Assembly: GCF_963921235.1 (NCBI RefSeq)
Contig: NC_086097.1
Location: 76,014,001-76,078,000 of the forward strand
DNA: 64,000 nucleotides
Direction: 5' to 3'
From: Mobula hypostoma
Taxonomy: Eukaryota
Each line of letters starts with the position of its first letter. Positions within the stretch are counted from its first letter, which is position 1. The notes beneath the pieces were generated by a model. The model was not told where the DNA came from. It made no database searches and saw nothing but the letters and a program-made list of their open reading frames with translations. A program made the translations under genes and the position numbers. Of this stretch, positions 1-14,147 are shown one piece after another.

Positions 1-355
1 GACTGCTCTTCCAAAAAATATCTTTCAATGGCACACCTCATTATTAGCATGTTGCTCTTTTACAGCTTTGTGAAATATCTTGGCCCATTTCACTACTTTA
101 AAAAGGCAGCATATGGCTGGTTACTTTCTTAGAGATTTCGACTGAGCTTTCATTGAATGGTGGGGATCTCCCTAATAACATTTCTAGATAAGTTTCTAAC
201 CTTCTAATAACTACCTCAGTATGCTCAGGTTGTCCTTTAGGCATAATTTCTCACAGTCGATAAAAAAGGGAAATGCTTCTTAAACAGATTATAATTAGAA
301 AATTTAGACAGAGGGCAACAAGGTGCAGAGAGGGAAATGAAGTGCTGCCACCTAC

Positions 356-2502
356 TGTTGTGTGTTTAATATTTCAGTAATATTTGAGTAATATTGTAAA
401 TATATTGTTTGATTAAGCATTTTTGTTTACATAATTAATTACGGGTTATATGTTAACATACATGAATGGTATATGTTATCATCCCCACATCGTAAGGGTG
501 CACCTCACTAAAAAAGTAGAATAAAGTTGTCACGATTCCTGGGCTCCCATGCCTTTCTTTCAATTGGTTTTATGCTTTGGAGTTACAAAACATAAGAGTG
601 GTGATGAGGAAGTTTTAAAGTGAACCTGAAATGACTACCTACCTGTTGAAATGCAGCACTTTTTATTCTTTGGAGGGGGGATAGAGACGCCCGAGTTTAA
701 AAAAAGTGTAGCATGTTTTTCTTTGGAAGAGGACAAAGATACTTGGTTAAAAAAAGGCAGAAAATACATAAAATTCACAGGTTCATAAGCAGTCAGCACC
801 AAATGATAATAATAATAAATAAAAACAGCAGAAATGGCTGGCTACATTGGAAAGATAGACATGATTGCACAAGAGACAACTGGCTGATGTATACTGAAGG
901 AATTGAACAGTTTTTAAAGCAAATGGAATAGCCAATAAGGAAAAAGTGCCAGTTTTGCTGAGTGCAACTGGTGGAAAAGAATACTGTTTGCTTTGAAGTT
1001 TAACTGCCCCAACTAAAACCAGCTGAAGTGAGCTTTGCTGATATTGAGAAAGCAATACAGGAAGATTTAGAACTAAAACCATTGTTGATTGCAGAACACT
1101 TTAGCTTTCAATAGCGGAATCAAAAGGAAGGGGAGTCTATTTCAGCATATGTGGTTGAATTGAAGAGATTGTCCGAGCATTGTCAGTTCAATGATGGGCT
1201 TAATGATGCACTGAGAGATTGTTTAGTTTGCGGAATCTTACAAGAAAGCATTCAAAAATGGCTCCTAACTGAAGTACAGTTCACAATTAAAAGAGCAGTT
1301 GAGATCACTGCATCAATAGAAACAGCAGCCAGAGACGCAACTGAATTGCATCAGGAAGGAAAGTAAGAGTGAACAAATTATAACATCTAAACAGAAACCT
1401 CCCTGGACAAACAAATTGTTTTACCATTGAGGCAGGGGCTCACATACACCAGACCAAGCAGGTTTAAAGGTGGAAACTTGCATAAAATGCAACAAAGTAG
1501 AGTACATACAAACAGCATGTTGGGCAAAGGAAAGTAAATGCACTGTAGAAGAAAAGAAAAAGATAAAAAGTTGCAGTTTCAAAAAGAGCAGTAACCTGTA
1601 TGCTGTTGATGAAAAATCTGATAACGATGAGAATGAAACAGTTCCAGGTAGCCTTCAGAGTTACAATGTGCAAAAGCAACAGGAGACAAGCAATATGGCT
1701 CACACCAGAACTGAATGTCAAATTCATTAGAATGGAATTGGACACTGTCTCAGCTGTTTCAGTCATTCTGCAAAATGAGTTTGAACAGCATTTCAAAGAT
1801 ATTGAACTGAAGCCTGGAGATACCTAACTCATAACTTATAAAGTAACTCCTGTGGCAATGGCATTCATAACAGTGAAACAGAACAACCAACAAGCCACAT
1901 TGAGCTTATATGTGATATTAAAAAAAACCAGGAAGGCCAGCATTGTGGGACCATGATTGGCTGAGACAGCTACAACTTGATTGGAGATCCATCCACCATT
2001 TGCATGCCACATCCCCTGCAATAGAGTCAACTGAAGGCAAACGAAGAAAGATACTGGATGATGCCACAGCAGTGTTCAAGGCAGCATTGGAAAACTCACA
2101 CTTATTAAGGGTAAAATAATGTTAAATGAAAATGCCACACCCAAGTTTTGCAAAGCCAATCTGGTTCATTATACCATCCATGATAAAGTAGCCAGTGAAC
2201 TAGATCGCATAGAAGTTGAAGGAATTCTTTCCAAGGTTGAGTGGTGTCCATGGGTAATGCCAGCTGTCCCAATAGCCAAGAAGATTGGGCCTGTCAGGAT
2301 CTGTGGTGAGTTTAAGGTTTCCATCACCTCGGTAGTGAAAATAAATCAATACCCTCTGCCTATGAAAGAGGATATCTTTTCAAACTTTTCTGGAGGTAAA
2401 CACTTCAGCAAAGTGGACTTAGCTGAGGTCTACCTACAGATGGAGATGGAAGGCTTATTTCGGGACTAGCATCTGCACCTACACTCTGACAGAAAGCCAG
2501 GG
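356..2502 (+). mobile_element. Ty3/Gypsy LTR retrotransposon, 5' portion (LTR + PBS + degenerate gag-protease-RT), truncated
   Basis: LTR-like 356-597 starts TGTTG and contains AATAAA. PBS-like TGGTGATGAGGA at 599-610. Gag fragments (MAGYIGKID..., ELKRLSEHCQFNDGLNDALRDCLVCG), protease MELDTVSAVSVI, RT N-terminus (WVMPAVPIAKKIGPVRICGEFK...YPLP...FSKVDLAEVYLQ). Many stops and frameshifts. Confidence 0.85.
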
Positions 2503-4703
2503 ACCATAAGACATAGGAGCAGAATTAGGTTATTCAGCCCATTGTGTCTGCTCCACCATACCATTATGGCTGATCCCGGATCCCACTCAACTCCATACAC
2601 CTGCCTTCTTGCCATATCTTTTGATGCCCTGACCAATCAGGAAAATATCAAATTCCACCTTAAATATACCACAGATATGACCTTCACTGCTGTCTGTGAC
2701 AGAGCATTCCACAGATTCAGTACTCTCTGCCTGAAAACTTTGCAACAAAGCTATCAATTCCATCACCCAAATCATTGACATATAACGTAAAAAGAACTGG
2801 TCCCAACACAGACCCCTGTGGAACATCACTAGTCATCGCCAGCCAACAAAAAAAGGCTGCCCTTATTCCCATTCTTTGCCTTCTGTCAATCAGCCACTGC
2901 TTTATCCATGCTAGAATCTTTCCTTTTCTACCATTGGCTCATAGCTTTTTAAGTAGCATCGTGTGTGGCACCTTGTCAAAGCCCTACTGAAAATCTAAGT
3001 ACATAACATCTACTGATTCTCCCTTGTCTATCCTGCTTGTTATTTCTTCAAAGAATTCCAACAGATTTGTCAGGCAAGATTTTCCCTTGAGGAAACCATG
3101 CTGACTACAGCCTGCTTTATAATGTGCCTCCAAGTACACAGAGGCTTCACCCTTAATAATCGACTCCAACATCTTCCCAACCACTGAGGTTAAACTAACT
3201 GGCCTATAGTTTCCTTTCTTCTGCCTCTCTTCCCTCTTGAAGAGTGGAGTGACAGTTGCAATTTTCCAGAACCATTCCAGAATGATTCAGCCACTTCTTT
3301 CAGAACTCTGGAGTGTATACCATCTGGTCCAAGTGACTTATCTTTGTTCAGACCTATCAGTTTCCCAAGAACCTTCTCTCTTGTTGGAGTAATTTCACAC
3401 ACTTCATGCTCCCTGAGACCTGGAACTTTGTTCATGCTGATAGTGTCTTCCACAGTGAAGACTAGTGCAAAATACTTATTCAGTTTATCCGCCATTTGGG
3501 ATGTATATATCCTGTGCCTTCTGAATTGCTTCAAGAACTTCCTGCCTTTGCTGCTCTGGCATCATCCCTGGCAGCATACTTTTCCAATCAATTCTGGCCA
3601 ACTCCTCTTTCATGCCTCTGTAATTCCCTTTACTCCACTGTAATACTGATACATCTGACTTTAGCTTCTCCTCAAATTTCAGGGTGTATTCGATCATATT
3701 ATGATCATTTGCCCCTAAGGATTATTTTACTTTAAGCTCTCTAATCAATTCTGGTTCATTGCACAACACCAAATCCAGAATAGCTGATCTCCTAGTGGCC
3801 TCGACCACGAGTTGATCTAAAAAGCCATCTTGTAGCCAGTCTAGAAATACCCCCTCCTGGAATCCAGCACCAACCTGAATTTTGCAATCTACCTGCATAT
3901 TGAAATCCCCCATGACTATTGTAACATTGCTTTTTAGGCATGCATTTTCTATCTCCTGTTGTAATTTGCAGGCTACATCCTTACTACTGTTTGGGGGTCT
4001 GTATTCAACTCCCATCAGAGTCTTTTTACACTTGCCGTTCTTTAGCTCTATCCACAATGATTCAACACCTGCCAACCCTATATCACCTCTTTCTAATGAT
4101 TTAATTTCATTTCTTTACTAAAAGAGCAATGCCGCCCCCTTTCCCTTCCTACCTGTCCTTTTGATACAATGTGTATCCTTGGAAATTAAGCTCCCGGTTA
4201 TAATCTTTTTTCAGCCATGATTCAGTGATGCCTTCCACATCATAGCTGCAAATCTGCAACTGTACAAGTTCATCAACCTTATTCCATATTCTGTGTGCAT
4301 TCAAATATAACACCTTTACTTCTGCATTCACCCTTTTCGAATTTGTCCACCTTTTATGTTCCAACTCATCCTGTTGACTGCAATTTTACCCTGTCAACAG
4401 CCTTTCCTCACTACACATTGCCTCGGTTTGTAAACCAGCTATATTACCTTCAGCTCTATTAACCACCTTTCCTATGATATTTCTTGCATTGAAACATATG
4501 CAGCTCCAGACACAAGTTGCACCATGCTCAACATTTTGATTCCCAACTTTGTCTGAGAGCTTAGCAACATCAGCTTCCACAACCTCTCCACTAACTGGTC
4601 TGTCACTCTGATTCCCACCCCCTGCAATTCTAGTTTAAACACCACCATGAAAAATTAGCAAACTTTCACACTAGGATATTAGTCCCCCTCCAGTTCAGGT
4701 GCA
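2503..4703 (-). mobile_element. CR1 LINE, degenerate, with internal deletions
   Basis: CR1 3' tail at ~2503-2740. ORF2 pieces: endonuclease (YLNAHRIWNK, YRPPN, MGDFN, ILDLVL) and RT (QHGFLKGKSCLTNLLEFFEE, VDVMYLDFQ). Confidence 0.9.
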
Positions 4704-4704
4704 T

Positions 4705-4955
4705 TTACTGAAGTTCGAGAATTTGATATTCTGTCACCAGGTTGCAGCCAGAATCCAAGGTGCTGTACCTATAATTTGCATTTAGCTTTGACCTGACAAT
4801 GGAGGAGGCCAAAGACAGTCACAGCAGTGAAGGAGGTAAGGACAGGCTTCCCACTGTGGAAATGGGACATGGAATTAAAATGGCTGACCACCGGGAGATC
4901 TTGATTGGCATAGAGGTCAGAGCAAAGCAGTCACCCCATCTGTGTCTGGTCATAT
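4705..4955 (-). mobile_element. Penelope-like element fragment (GIY-YIG C-terminal region), old
   Basis: Resembles the reverse complement of the GIY-YIG-coding end of the Penelope copies at 29805-30072 and 62164-62569 (DLPV..HFNS..motif recognisable). Confidence 0.6.
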
Positions 4956-6369
4956 AAGCAGAGGAGTTTATAAGCAATCTTTATAGTTGAAAGGAAAGAT
5001 TGCCAGCTAAAAGCTTTTAAGGAAATTAGGAAAATTGTAGCTATAGCTCAGACCAGCTATGATCTTAATGAGTAGAACAGGTTCACAGGGCTAAATACAA
5101 ATCATCCTTCCTGTGTTCAAATAACTCCCTCATACAATTTACCAAAGTAGTGATAAACTTTTCTAATAGTATCTGAGTGTCTCTATACCTCTAGTTTACA
5201 ATTTAACACTGCGATTAGGAACACCTCTTATGCAATACAGTATACAATTATGTTCATACACCCATCTAGCAGAATTCTGTCTTTACACTACATAGGCTAA
5301 CAAAAGGTTGGACTTGCATTCTGTTGAGGACTGCTCACTCGGTTCCATCTGTATTAAGTCTATTGCCTATTTACATATCCTGACCTGATTTTTGCAGGCA
5401 TCATTCTTGAAATTATACATCACTTTATAAACTGTCGAAGTAAAGTTTAACTGCATTATCCTAGTCTATTTTTTTCTGATGCATCACTTTACTGTCACAA
5501 GTGTGCATTAGTATGCATTATAGCTGTTAAATTTCGTTTCCATTTATCAGCACCATCATGGGGTCATTCTGTAAAAATATCATGTGATGCTCGGATTCAA
5601 TACAAATGGAATATAGACAAGTATTATGATTGATTTGCTGCCACATTTTACAGTTATATAGCTGTGTTCAGGATAAGACTTTTTTTACGGTAGGCAATGA
5701 AGACAGGCTTTTACAGAAATAGGTTTCAGATTCAGGCTTGGTGGGTGGGGAGCAGGGAAGAGGAATATACCAGACATTTCATTTGTATTTTTATTGAAAC
5801 TAATTATTTCCTCATTGTGAACATCCATTTGGAAAATCAAGTTTCAGATATACTCTAAGTAATATGCAGTAAAGTATATGCACTCTAGAGATTCTTAATG
5901 CCTATTGAAGCCCACTCTAGAGCGCACACTCTGGTACACACAAGATTAAAGTGCATGTAGTTATTCAGTGGCTCTTCATAGACAATCTAGCAACCTTTAG
6001 AAACACTGTTGCAACCAGGAGTTGACCAAGGCTGCCATTGTTATTTTCATAAAATAATGGAAGAATTGAAATAAAAATTATTTGTTCATAATTAATGCTA
6101 ATTATTTACTAATTACATATTGAACTCTACAATCCCTTAACTAAAAAAGACAAAGGCATCATCATTTTTTTTAAAACACAGTGTTACTTCTATTCGTAAA
6201 ACATTGCTCATGTAGTACTGGAATATCCATCTCTAATCTTAATATTTCACCTTGACTCACATTAAGCACACATTGGCATCTTTGGAATAACAGCTGAACT
6301 TAATTCAGAGGCATATTTGATCAGTTTTCTTTGCTACTTCTTTATGGGTTTCTGGAATATTTAATAGGT

Positions 6370-7880
6370 CAAGAGCATGGAAAGTTATATTGGGATATTA
6401 TAACCATTACAGCAACATGGTTAAGGGAGGGACAGGACTGGCAGCAATTTCTTCCTGGGTACAGGAGCTATAGGCAGGATAGAAGTAGAGGAAAGATAGG
6501 TGGGAGAGTTGCATTTCTGATTAAGCAGTATGTCATAGCTCTAGTCCAAGATGATATTACTGAGGAATTGTCCAGTGAGGCTTTATGAGTGGAGATGACA
6601 AATAAGAGGATAACTTTGTTGCGACCCCAATGATCAACAGGAATTAAAGGAACAACTATTCAGAGACTGCAGAAAGTTGCAATAATAGGTGTCAGAATAG
6701 GGGATTTTAATTTTCCCAATAATAGACTGACACTACCATAAAGCTATTTTTTTTTTGGTATTTTCAGGAAAATTTCCTTGGGTAATATATAGAATGCCCT
6801 GCTAAGGAGAGGGCAAAACTTGACCTACCCTTGGAAAATGGAGCAGGACAAATGACTGAGGTGTCAATGGGGCATTCTTTTGGACCAGTTCTATTAACTA
6901 TAAATTAGTATGGAAAGGGACAAATTCAGTCTAGAAGTTAAAGTTGTAAATTGAGACAAAGCAAATTTTGACTGTATTAGACAGGATCTTGTAAGAGTTG
7001 ATTGGAGTATGGTATTTACAGACAAAGGGAAATCTGGTGCAGGAGGCTTTCAAAAGTGAGAAAATGAGTGTTCAAAGTCTACATGGTCTTGTTAGAGTAA
7101 AGGACAAGGGTGACAGAAGCAGAGAACCATGAGATAGCCTTGACAGATATTCAGTGAAGAGAAGCTAGAGAAGAAATCATGGGTATCCTGGCTAAAGCAT
7201 CATTGTTAGTGTCAGTTGAAGTACTAGAAGACTGGAGGGTTACCAGTTTTGTGAAGGGCTGCAAGGAAAAACCTGGGAACTATAGAACTGCAAGCCTACC
7301 ATTAGTGGTAGTCAAGTTTCTACAGGAGACAATGAGGGATAAGATTTTCATGCATTTGGCAGGACAGGGGCTGATTAGGGATAGTTAGCATGGATTTATG
7401 TTGGGTGGTCATGTCTCACATTTTTTTTTTGAAGTAACCAATGTCAATGAAGGCAGGACAGTAGACAAAATCTGTATGGACTTCAGCAAGGCCTTTGATA
7501 AGGTTCTGCATGGTAGGCTACTATGGAAAGTTAGATCTCATGGGATCCAGGGAAAGCCAACTAATTGATTGCACAATTGGCTAGATGGAAGGAAGCAGTG
7601 GGTGATGGTAGAGAATTGTTTCTTGGACAGAAGACCATGATTAATGGTGTCCCCCATGAGACAGTGCTAGGCCCTTTGCCATCTACAGTATATCAGTGAC
7701 TTGGATGAGAAAATACAAGACACTGTACATTTGTCAGTGATGTTAAAATAGTTAGAGTCATAGATAGTAAAGTTGGTTATCAGGATTCACAGAGGATCTT
7801 GATCTGCTGATTAATTGGCCTGTGGAATGGCAATTGGTGTTTAAATGGGATAACTGCAAGGTATTGGATTTTTGGAAGAG
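6370..7880 (+). mobile_element. CR1 LINE ORF2 fragments, highly degenerate
   Basis: ITATWLREGQDWQ..PGYRSYRQDR..GGRVAFLIK; EDWRV...KGCKEKPGNYR; MDFSKAFDKV. Confidence 0.85.
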
Positions 7881-8165
7881 TCAAAATAAAATTTATTATC
7901 AGGGTACATAACATGTCACCGCATACAACCCTGAGATTTTTTTTCCCCTGCAGGCATACTCAGCAAATCTATAGAACAGTAACTTAAACAGGATTAATGA
8001 ACAAAATGCAAATATAAATAAATGGCAATAAGTGATGAGTATGAAATAACAAGATAAAAAGTCCTTTAAGTGAGAATATTGGTTGTTGAAACACCAGAAG
8101 AGTGTAGTTATCCCCTTTTGTTTGAAAAGCCTGATGGTTGAGGAGTAGTAACTATTCTTGAACTT
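7881..8165 (-). mobile_element. Rex1/Babar-type LINE 3' end fragment
   Basis: Closely resembles the 3' terminal region of the copy at 10438-10790 (TTTATT...TACAACCCTGA...GCCTGATGGTTGAGG). Confidence 0.65.
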
Positions 8166-8179
8166 TCTCTTTAACCCTC

Positions 8180-8600
8180 CAAGAAGACCACAACCTTGTC
8201 ATGGTTTAGAAGCTTGCATGCCTCAATGAACCAGAAAGCTACATTGCCTGGAGTCAGGACTTTATGTTTTGGCCCTTGGTAGGTTCACCTATGCTAAACA
8301 AGTCAAAGGGTAGAGGACAAACTAAGAGTGGTCCATCAGTCCTCCAGGTTCAGGGGTTCAGCTCAGAGCTAACAACCCTAAACAGTCAAACAAAATTGTT
8401 ACAGAAACAGCAATGAAGAATCTTTTGACATCTGAATGCAACAGTATTCCTGAATCTCCACCCGGGTCTTGTATGACTGACAGAAATGAAAAACCGATAG
8501 GAAGTTACTGACACAATGAAGGAAGCCCTAAACACCGCCAGAGACAGAGGACCTTCATTGCTGCCCTAAACACCAGCAGCATAACAGGCAGTAAGCAAGT
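8180..8600 (+). mobile_element. Short non-autonomous RTE-derived element (5' UTR joined to 3' end)
   Basis: RTE-like 5' UTR (ACCTTGTCATGGT...GGTAGGTTCACCTATGCTAAACAAGTCAAAGGGTAGAGG...GCTAACAACCC) followed by an RTE-like 3' end (TTCATTGCTGCCCTAAACACCAGC...GTAAGCAAGT). No ORF. Confidence 0.55.
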
Positions 8601-8904
8601 TTCTATTTAACTGATTGCAGTTTACTTCTAACACTACTTTCAAACTACATCTTTTACTTCATGTACAAAAACAGATTTTCTTTGATAAATCTACATAATA
8701 TTGACAGATACTTAAACAATTTTTAAACTTATGTTAAGGCTATCCTCATGTTGATGCAATTAGAATATCATCTAGACTGCACAAGTAATGCTGATTTGTT
8801 GAAGCACATTATCCACTGTTGTTCAGAATATTTTAGATAATAATTTTACCTTGGACAATATTTTGAGTATCATATCTCAAGTAATAATGACTCAAAGATC
8901 CAGT

Positions 8905-9370
8905 TGTCAGGGCACATGAAGCAGGGACCCAATTACACACCAAGTACTGTGCACACTGTGATATTTACTGAGTAGTAAATCCAGGAGGGGACCAAAGTCA
9001 GTATTAAAGTTCAGGCAGAGATCAAAACAGCCAGAGAAATCTTAAAAAAAAAACAGAATTAGGAAACAGACAGACTACAGATACAAATGCTGGAAAGGCT
9101 CAGGAGAATTTATTGGCACAGCTAGCAACAAACAGGTGAAAACACAGGACTGAAATACACTGAGCAATAAACAGAGAGGCAGGTGATAGGTGGAGCACAG
9201 TGAGACACAGGTGGCTGCAATACAGGTAATAATGAGAAGCAGATGAGAGATGGAGTACTCAGTAATACAAGGGCTGGAGTAGAGCAGGAGCACATGGCAA
9301 TACAAAACCACAGACTGACAGCTAGGGGGGATACACACAAAAAGACAGAATTCAACTAGAGATACTGACA
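8905..9370. mobile_element. Solo LTR (466 bp)
   Basis: Inverted termini TGTCAG...CTGACA. Flanks CCAGT/TCAGT form a 5-bp TSD with one mismatch. No internal coding sequence. Confidence 0.7.
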
Positions 9371-12061
9371 TCAGTTCAGGAAAGACTTCTTTACTCCTGC
9401 TAATTCACCATGCAAATCTTGAGGTATGGACAAGGGATAATGCTATATTAATACTTACAAGTGTTGTACAATTTTATTGGTCATGGGTACTATAATGAGA
9501 GGTGTAACAAATTAGTTAACTGTACTTTCAGAGGTGCTCCAGAAACTTGAAGACATTGAAAGTTTAATGCAAGTTGAGCTCTCCATTAAATGGTACACTT
9601 CTTCAATTAGTACATTAGCCTCATTTACTGTTTAAATTAGAACTAATAACTATTAATCAGTACATTTGGTATTAATCTATACTGATAATAGGTACTATTA
9701 ATCAGTAATGAATGAAAGCACACCTGAGTCAAACATTTAAAAGGTTGGGAGAGATGGTGGGGAGGGGAGAACTGAAAGGTATATTTTTTTTTCAAAAGAA
9801 GCTCATTAATTCATTTTAGGATATCAGTTAATCCTTTCATAGGATAAACTGGATGCAGCCTTGCATTGTGTGGATGTCAGAGTCCCACCAGAAACCTTAT
9901 TCTTCTTGCAGGGAGTTTGCTAAATGTTTTCATTATATTGAGTCCAATTTAATGTGTAGGTTTGCTCTGTATGGGCTAAGTAATAAAGAAAGGTTAGTCT
10001 TTTGATATCAATCAATCCATGGGTATGTTTAAAGTGGAGGTGTCTCTAAAACTCATGCTCACTTCTATGAACATACATATAAAATGCAATGACATTCCCA
10101 AATCTGTCCATTGTTGCAGGGCAAGTGTTCAGCTGAGGTCTGAGTACTACAACGGATGTTCATCCTGTAGCTCTACAAGATTAAACTACTGCACTATGTA
10201 TAATCTATTCACATCCAAGACTGAAAGAGCTCTATCCTGGATGGACGGATCTTGTGGAACATGAACCTCTGTTGGGACGATAGTTGGTTCTGTAATTGCT
10301 AGATGTCTTGCTATTGCTGGCAGTCAGCCAGGAAATCATCACTACCTTAGCTGAGATTAAGCAATATGAAGCCAAAGATGCAGTATAACAGCTGTTCAAG
10401 AGCCATCCTCAGCCTCCACAGGTAAAGACCCTGGCTAAATTCAAAGTAAATTTATTTTCAAAGTACACATACGTCACTATATACAACCCTGATATTCATT
10501 TCCTTCTGGACATATTCAATAAATCCATAATAGAATAATAATCATAATAGAATCAATGAAAAACTGCACCAACATGGGTCTTTCAACCACTCTGCAAAAG
10601 ACAACAAACTGTACAAGAAAAAAGAAACAATAATAAACAAGAAATATCAAGAACATAAGATGAAGAGTCCATGAAAGAGTCCATAGGTTGTGGTAACGTT
10701 TCAATGATGGGGCAAGTGAAGTTATCGCATTTGGTTCAAGAGCCTAATAGTTGAGGGGTAATATCTGTTTCTGAACCTGGCAGTGTGAGTCCTGAAGCTC
10801 CTGTACCTTCTTCCTGATATAGCGAGAAGGGTGCGTGTCCTGGGTGGTTGGAGACCCTGATGATGGATGCTGCTTTTCTATGACAATGTTCTATGTAGAC
10901 GTGCTCAGTGGTAGGGAGAGCTTTACCTGTGATGGACTGGGCCATGTTCACTACTTTTTGTAGGATTTTCCATTCAACTGTATTGGTATTTCCATAACAG
11001 ACTGCAATTCAACCAGTAAATATACTCTCCACTATAGAAGTTTGTCAAAGTTTTAGATGTCATGCCCAATCTTGGTAAACTACTAAGAAAATAAAGGTTT
11101 TGCTATGCTTTGTTTGTAAATCCTAGGACAGGTCCTCCAAAATAATAACATTGAAGAATTTAAATTTGCTGACCCTCTCCACCTCTGATCCTCTGACCAG
11201 GATTGGCTTATGGACCTCCTGAAAGCCAATAATCAGCTCCTTGGTCTTGCTGATGATGATTAAGAGGTTGTTGTTATGGCACCACTCAGCCAGATTTTTA
11301 ATCTCCCTCCAACATGCTAATTCATTACCACACTGATTCAGCCTACGACACTGGTGTCATCAACAAACTTGAATATGGCATTAGAGCTGTACTTAGCCGC
11401 ACGGTCATAAGTGTAAAGCAAGTAGAGCAGGGGGCTAAGCACACAGCCTTGTGGTGCACTTGTGCTGATGGAGATTGGGGAGGAGATGTTGTTGTCAATC
11501 TAAACTAAATCTAATTGCACAAAGAGGCACTGAGGCCAAGATCTTGGAGCTCATTGATTATTTTTGAGGGGATGATGGTATTGAAAGTTGAGCTGTAATC
11601 AATAAATAGCATCCTGATGTACAGAGCCTATAAAAAGTATTCACACCCCTTGGAAGTTTTCATTTTTATTGTTTTATAACATTAATTTAGCTTTTTGACA
11701 CTGATAAACAGAAAAAAAGACTCTTTCACATCAAAGTAAAAACAGATCTCTACAAAGTAACCTAAGTTAATTACAAATATAAAACACAAAATAACTGATT
11801 GCATACGTATTCACTCCCTTTAAATATGACACACCAAATCATCACTAGTGCAGCCAATAGGTTTAGAAGTCACATAATTTGTTAAATGAAGATCACCTGT
11901 GTGCATTCAAGGTGTTTCATTTGATTGCAGTAAAAATACACCTATATCTGGAGGGTCCAACTGCTGGTGAGTCAGTATCCTGAGAAAAACTATACCATGA
12001 AGGCAAAAGAAGACTCCAAGCAACTTTGTGAAAAGATTATTGAAAAGCATAAGCCAGGAGA

Positions 12062-14147
12062 GGTTCTGGTGACATCATCGTTCAGAATGGCAGCTTAAAT
12101 CAACAGCTCCTCTGGAAAAATGCATATTTTGCCCCATTAATTCATCAAATATAAGGTCTCTCGAAAATATCTGAATTGATAAGGGGGGGGGGCAAGAATG
12201 GGGAGAAAGAATAGAGATAAAAAAAAAAGCACCACTGTGGAGCCTATGGAAGAGAGAGGTACAGCGCGTGGCTCTCCTACACGTGCACATGGCGGCGAGG
12301 CTGACGCTGGGCCTAGTGCAGGCGAAGCGGCAAATATGATAAGGATTCTGGAAGAGATGAGAGAAGTCCAAAAAGATATAAAGCAGCAATTCAATGATAT
12401 AAAGTCATAGCTCGCCAACGTCAATCAGAAAATGGCGGAGGCAGACACTCGAATTGAGAAGATGGAAGATCGTGTGCAAAACGTGGAACAGATACTAAGT
12501 AAGACGATAAAAATATTAAATCAACAGGAAAGTAAATTGCTTGACCAGGAGGGAAGATTGCGATGGAAAAATATCAGGATTTGTAATGTTCCCGAAGGAG
12601 CAGAGGATTGTCGATGATGGACTTTGTAGACAAGCTGCTGCGGGAAGCGCTGGAGATTCCTCAGACTACGGAGATTGAAATTGAAAGGGCGCACCTTTTG
12701 CTTGTTCAGCGGCCTCCCGGAGACAGAGAAGATAAACAGCGCTTCATAGTACTTAGATTCCTTCGATTCAAGAGCAAGGCAGAGATTCTACGAAGGGCCT
12801 GGGGTAAGAAGATGGTGTTTTGGAACGGGAAGTTAGTATACTTTGATCATGAGTACCCCCCAGCGGTCTTACAGAAACAGAAGGAATATTCCGAAGCGAA
12901 AAAAAATATTAAAGCAAGAAAAGATTAAATTCCAAACCCCGTACCTTGATAACTGAGGGTATTTTACCAAGAAAGGATGCTACTGTACCAGACGGTGGAG
13001 GAGGCGACTACAGACATGAACATCAGAGGACTGTCCATTAGCGTGGTCAAACCAAGGGAAACTCTGGCTGAGCATTTGTCCCAAACTGCTTGGGAAATAG
13101 TAAGAGAACCTAGAAAGCAGGGGATGGAAACATGACGAGAGAAGGATTTTAGGAAGAGACTGTCAGTTCTCCGAGGGCAGCCCTCACCTCCTCCAGAAGA
13201 GCCATAAGGTTTGGCTAATTGTAAAAGTGCTGATAAACTAAACAGAAGCAAAAATAGACGGTGATATATATATCTCGAGAAATACGTGTTATAATGTGGA
13301 TCTTATATTAATCCTTTTACCCCACCTAAATGAGAATATATACATGGGAGGAATACACAGGGAAATCATTTCTGTGTAATGGATATAGTTTTTTATACTT
13401 ACTTTTATAGGTACTGCAGCGGGGGCCCTCAACCCACAGGTAGGAGGGGCTATCGCCCACAGCTAGACTTTTCTTCTAGCCCAATCCAGGGTCATCTAAA
13501 GACCCCAGCCTTGGAATCACATCTTCGTTACCTTTTTTTTATCATTCACTTTTCTTGATTCTTATTTGTTCAGGGAGTAGATCGATTAAGTTATATTCTG
13601 CAAATTTCAATGATATACTAACAGATAAATACACTTAGAGAGTAAGACCATATATTTTGGGTATATACCTTAAGAATGGTTGAAAAGAGATAAATATAAA
13701 TTTTTAATGAATGTACTGCTGGTGGCTGGCAAAAAGACCCTTACCAGGAAATGGTTATCTCAGGAGAGCCCAACTTTAAATGTATGGATGGAAATTACAA
13801 TGGATATTTACAAAATGGAGAAGATAACAACATCTGTTAATCATAAGTTGGAACAATTTTTTTCATACTGGAAAAAATGGTTTAACTACATAACACCTCA
13901 TAGGCCTGATTTTATTCTCACAATCAAGGAATATGTTGTAAAAAAAAATCACTCCCTACTCTGTACATAGTTTTCTTTCTTTTGATTGTTCTTTCTTTCC
14001 TCTTCTTTCTATAAGTATATACCTCAGATAAATATTATGTGGAGATTTGTGACAAATATGATATATATGTACAATATCTGAAATACATCTTATGGAAATA
14101 TTTGTTTGATGATGAAACTCAATAAAAAATAAATTACAAAAAAATAA
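12062..14147 (+). mobile_element. L1-clade element with 5' UTR, ORF1 and only the C-terminal tip of ORF2 (internally deleted)
   Basis: ORF1 fragments at 12198-~13206 (coiled coil, NIRICNVPEGAE, IEIERAH, IVLRFLRF, YFDHEYP). ORF2 C-terminus KKTLTRKWLSQESPT..W..MEKIT at 13680-13970. AATAAA plus A-rich tail. Exact 20-bp TSD GAAAAGCATAAGCCAGGAGA at 12042-12061 and 14148-14167. Confidence 0.9.
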
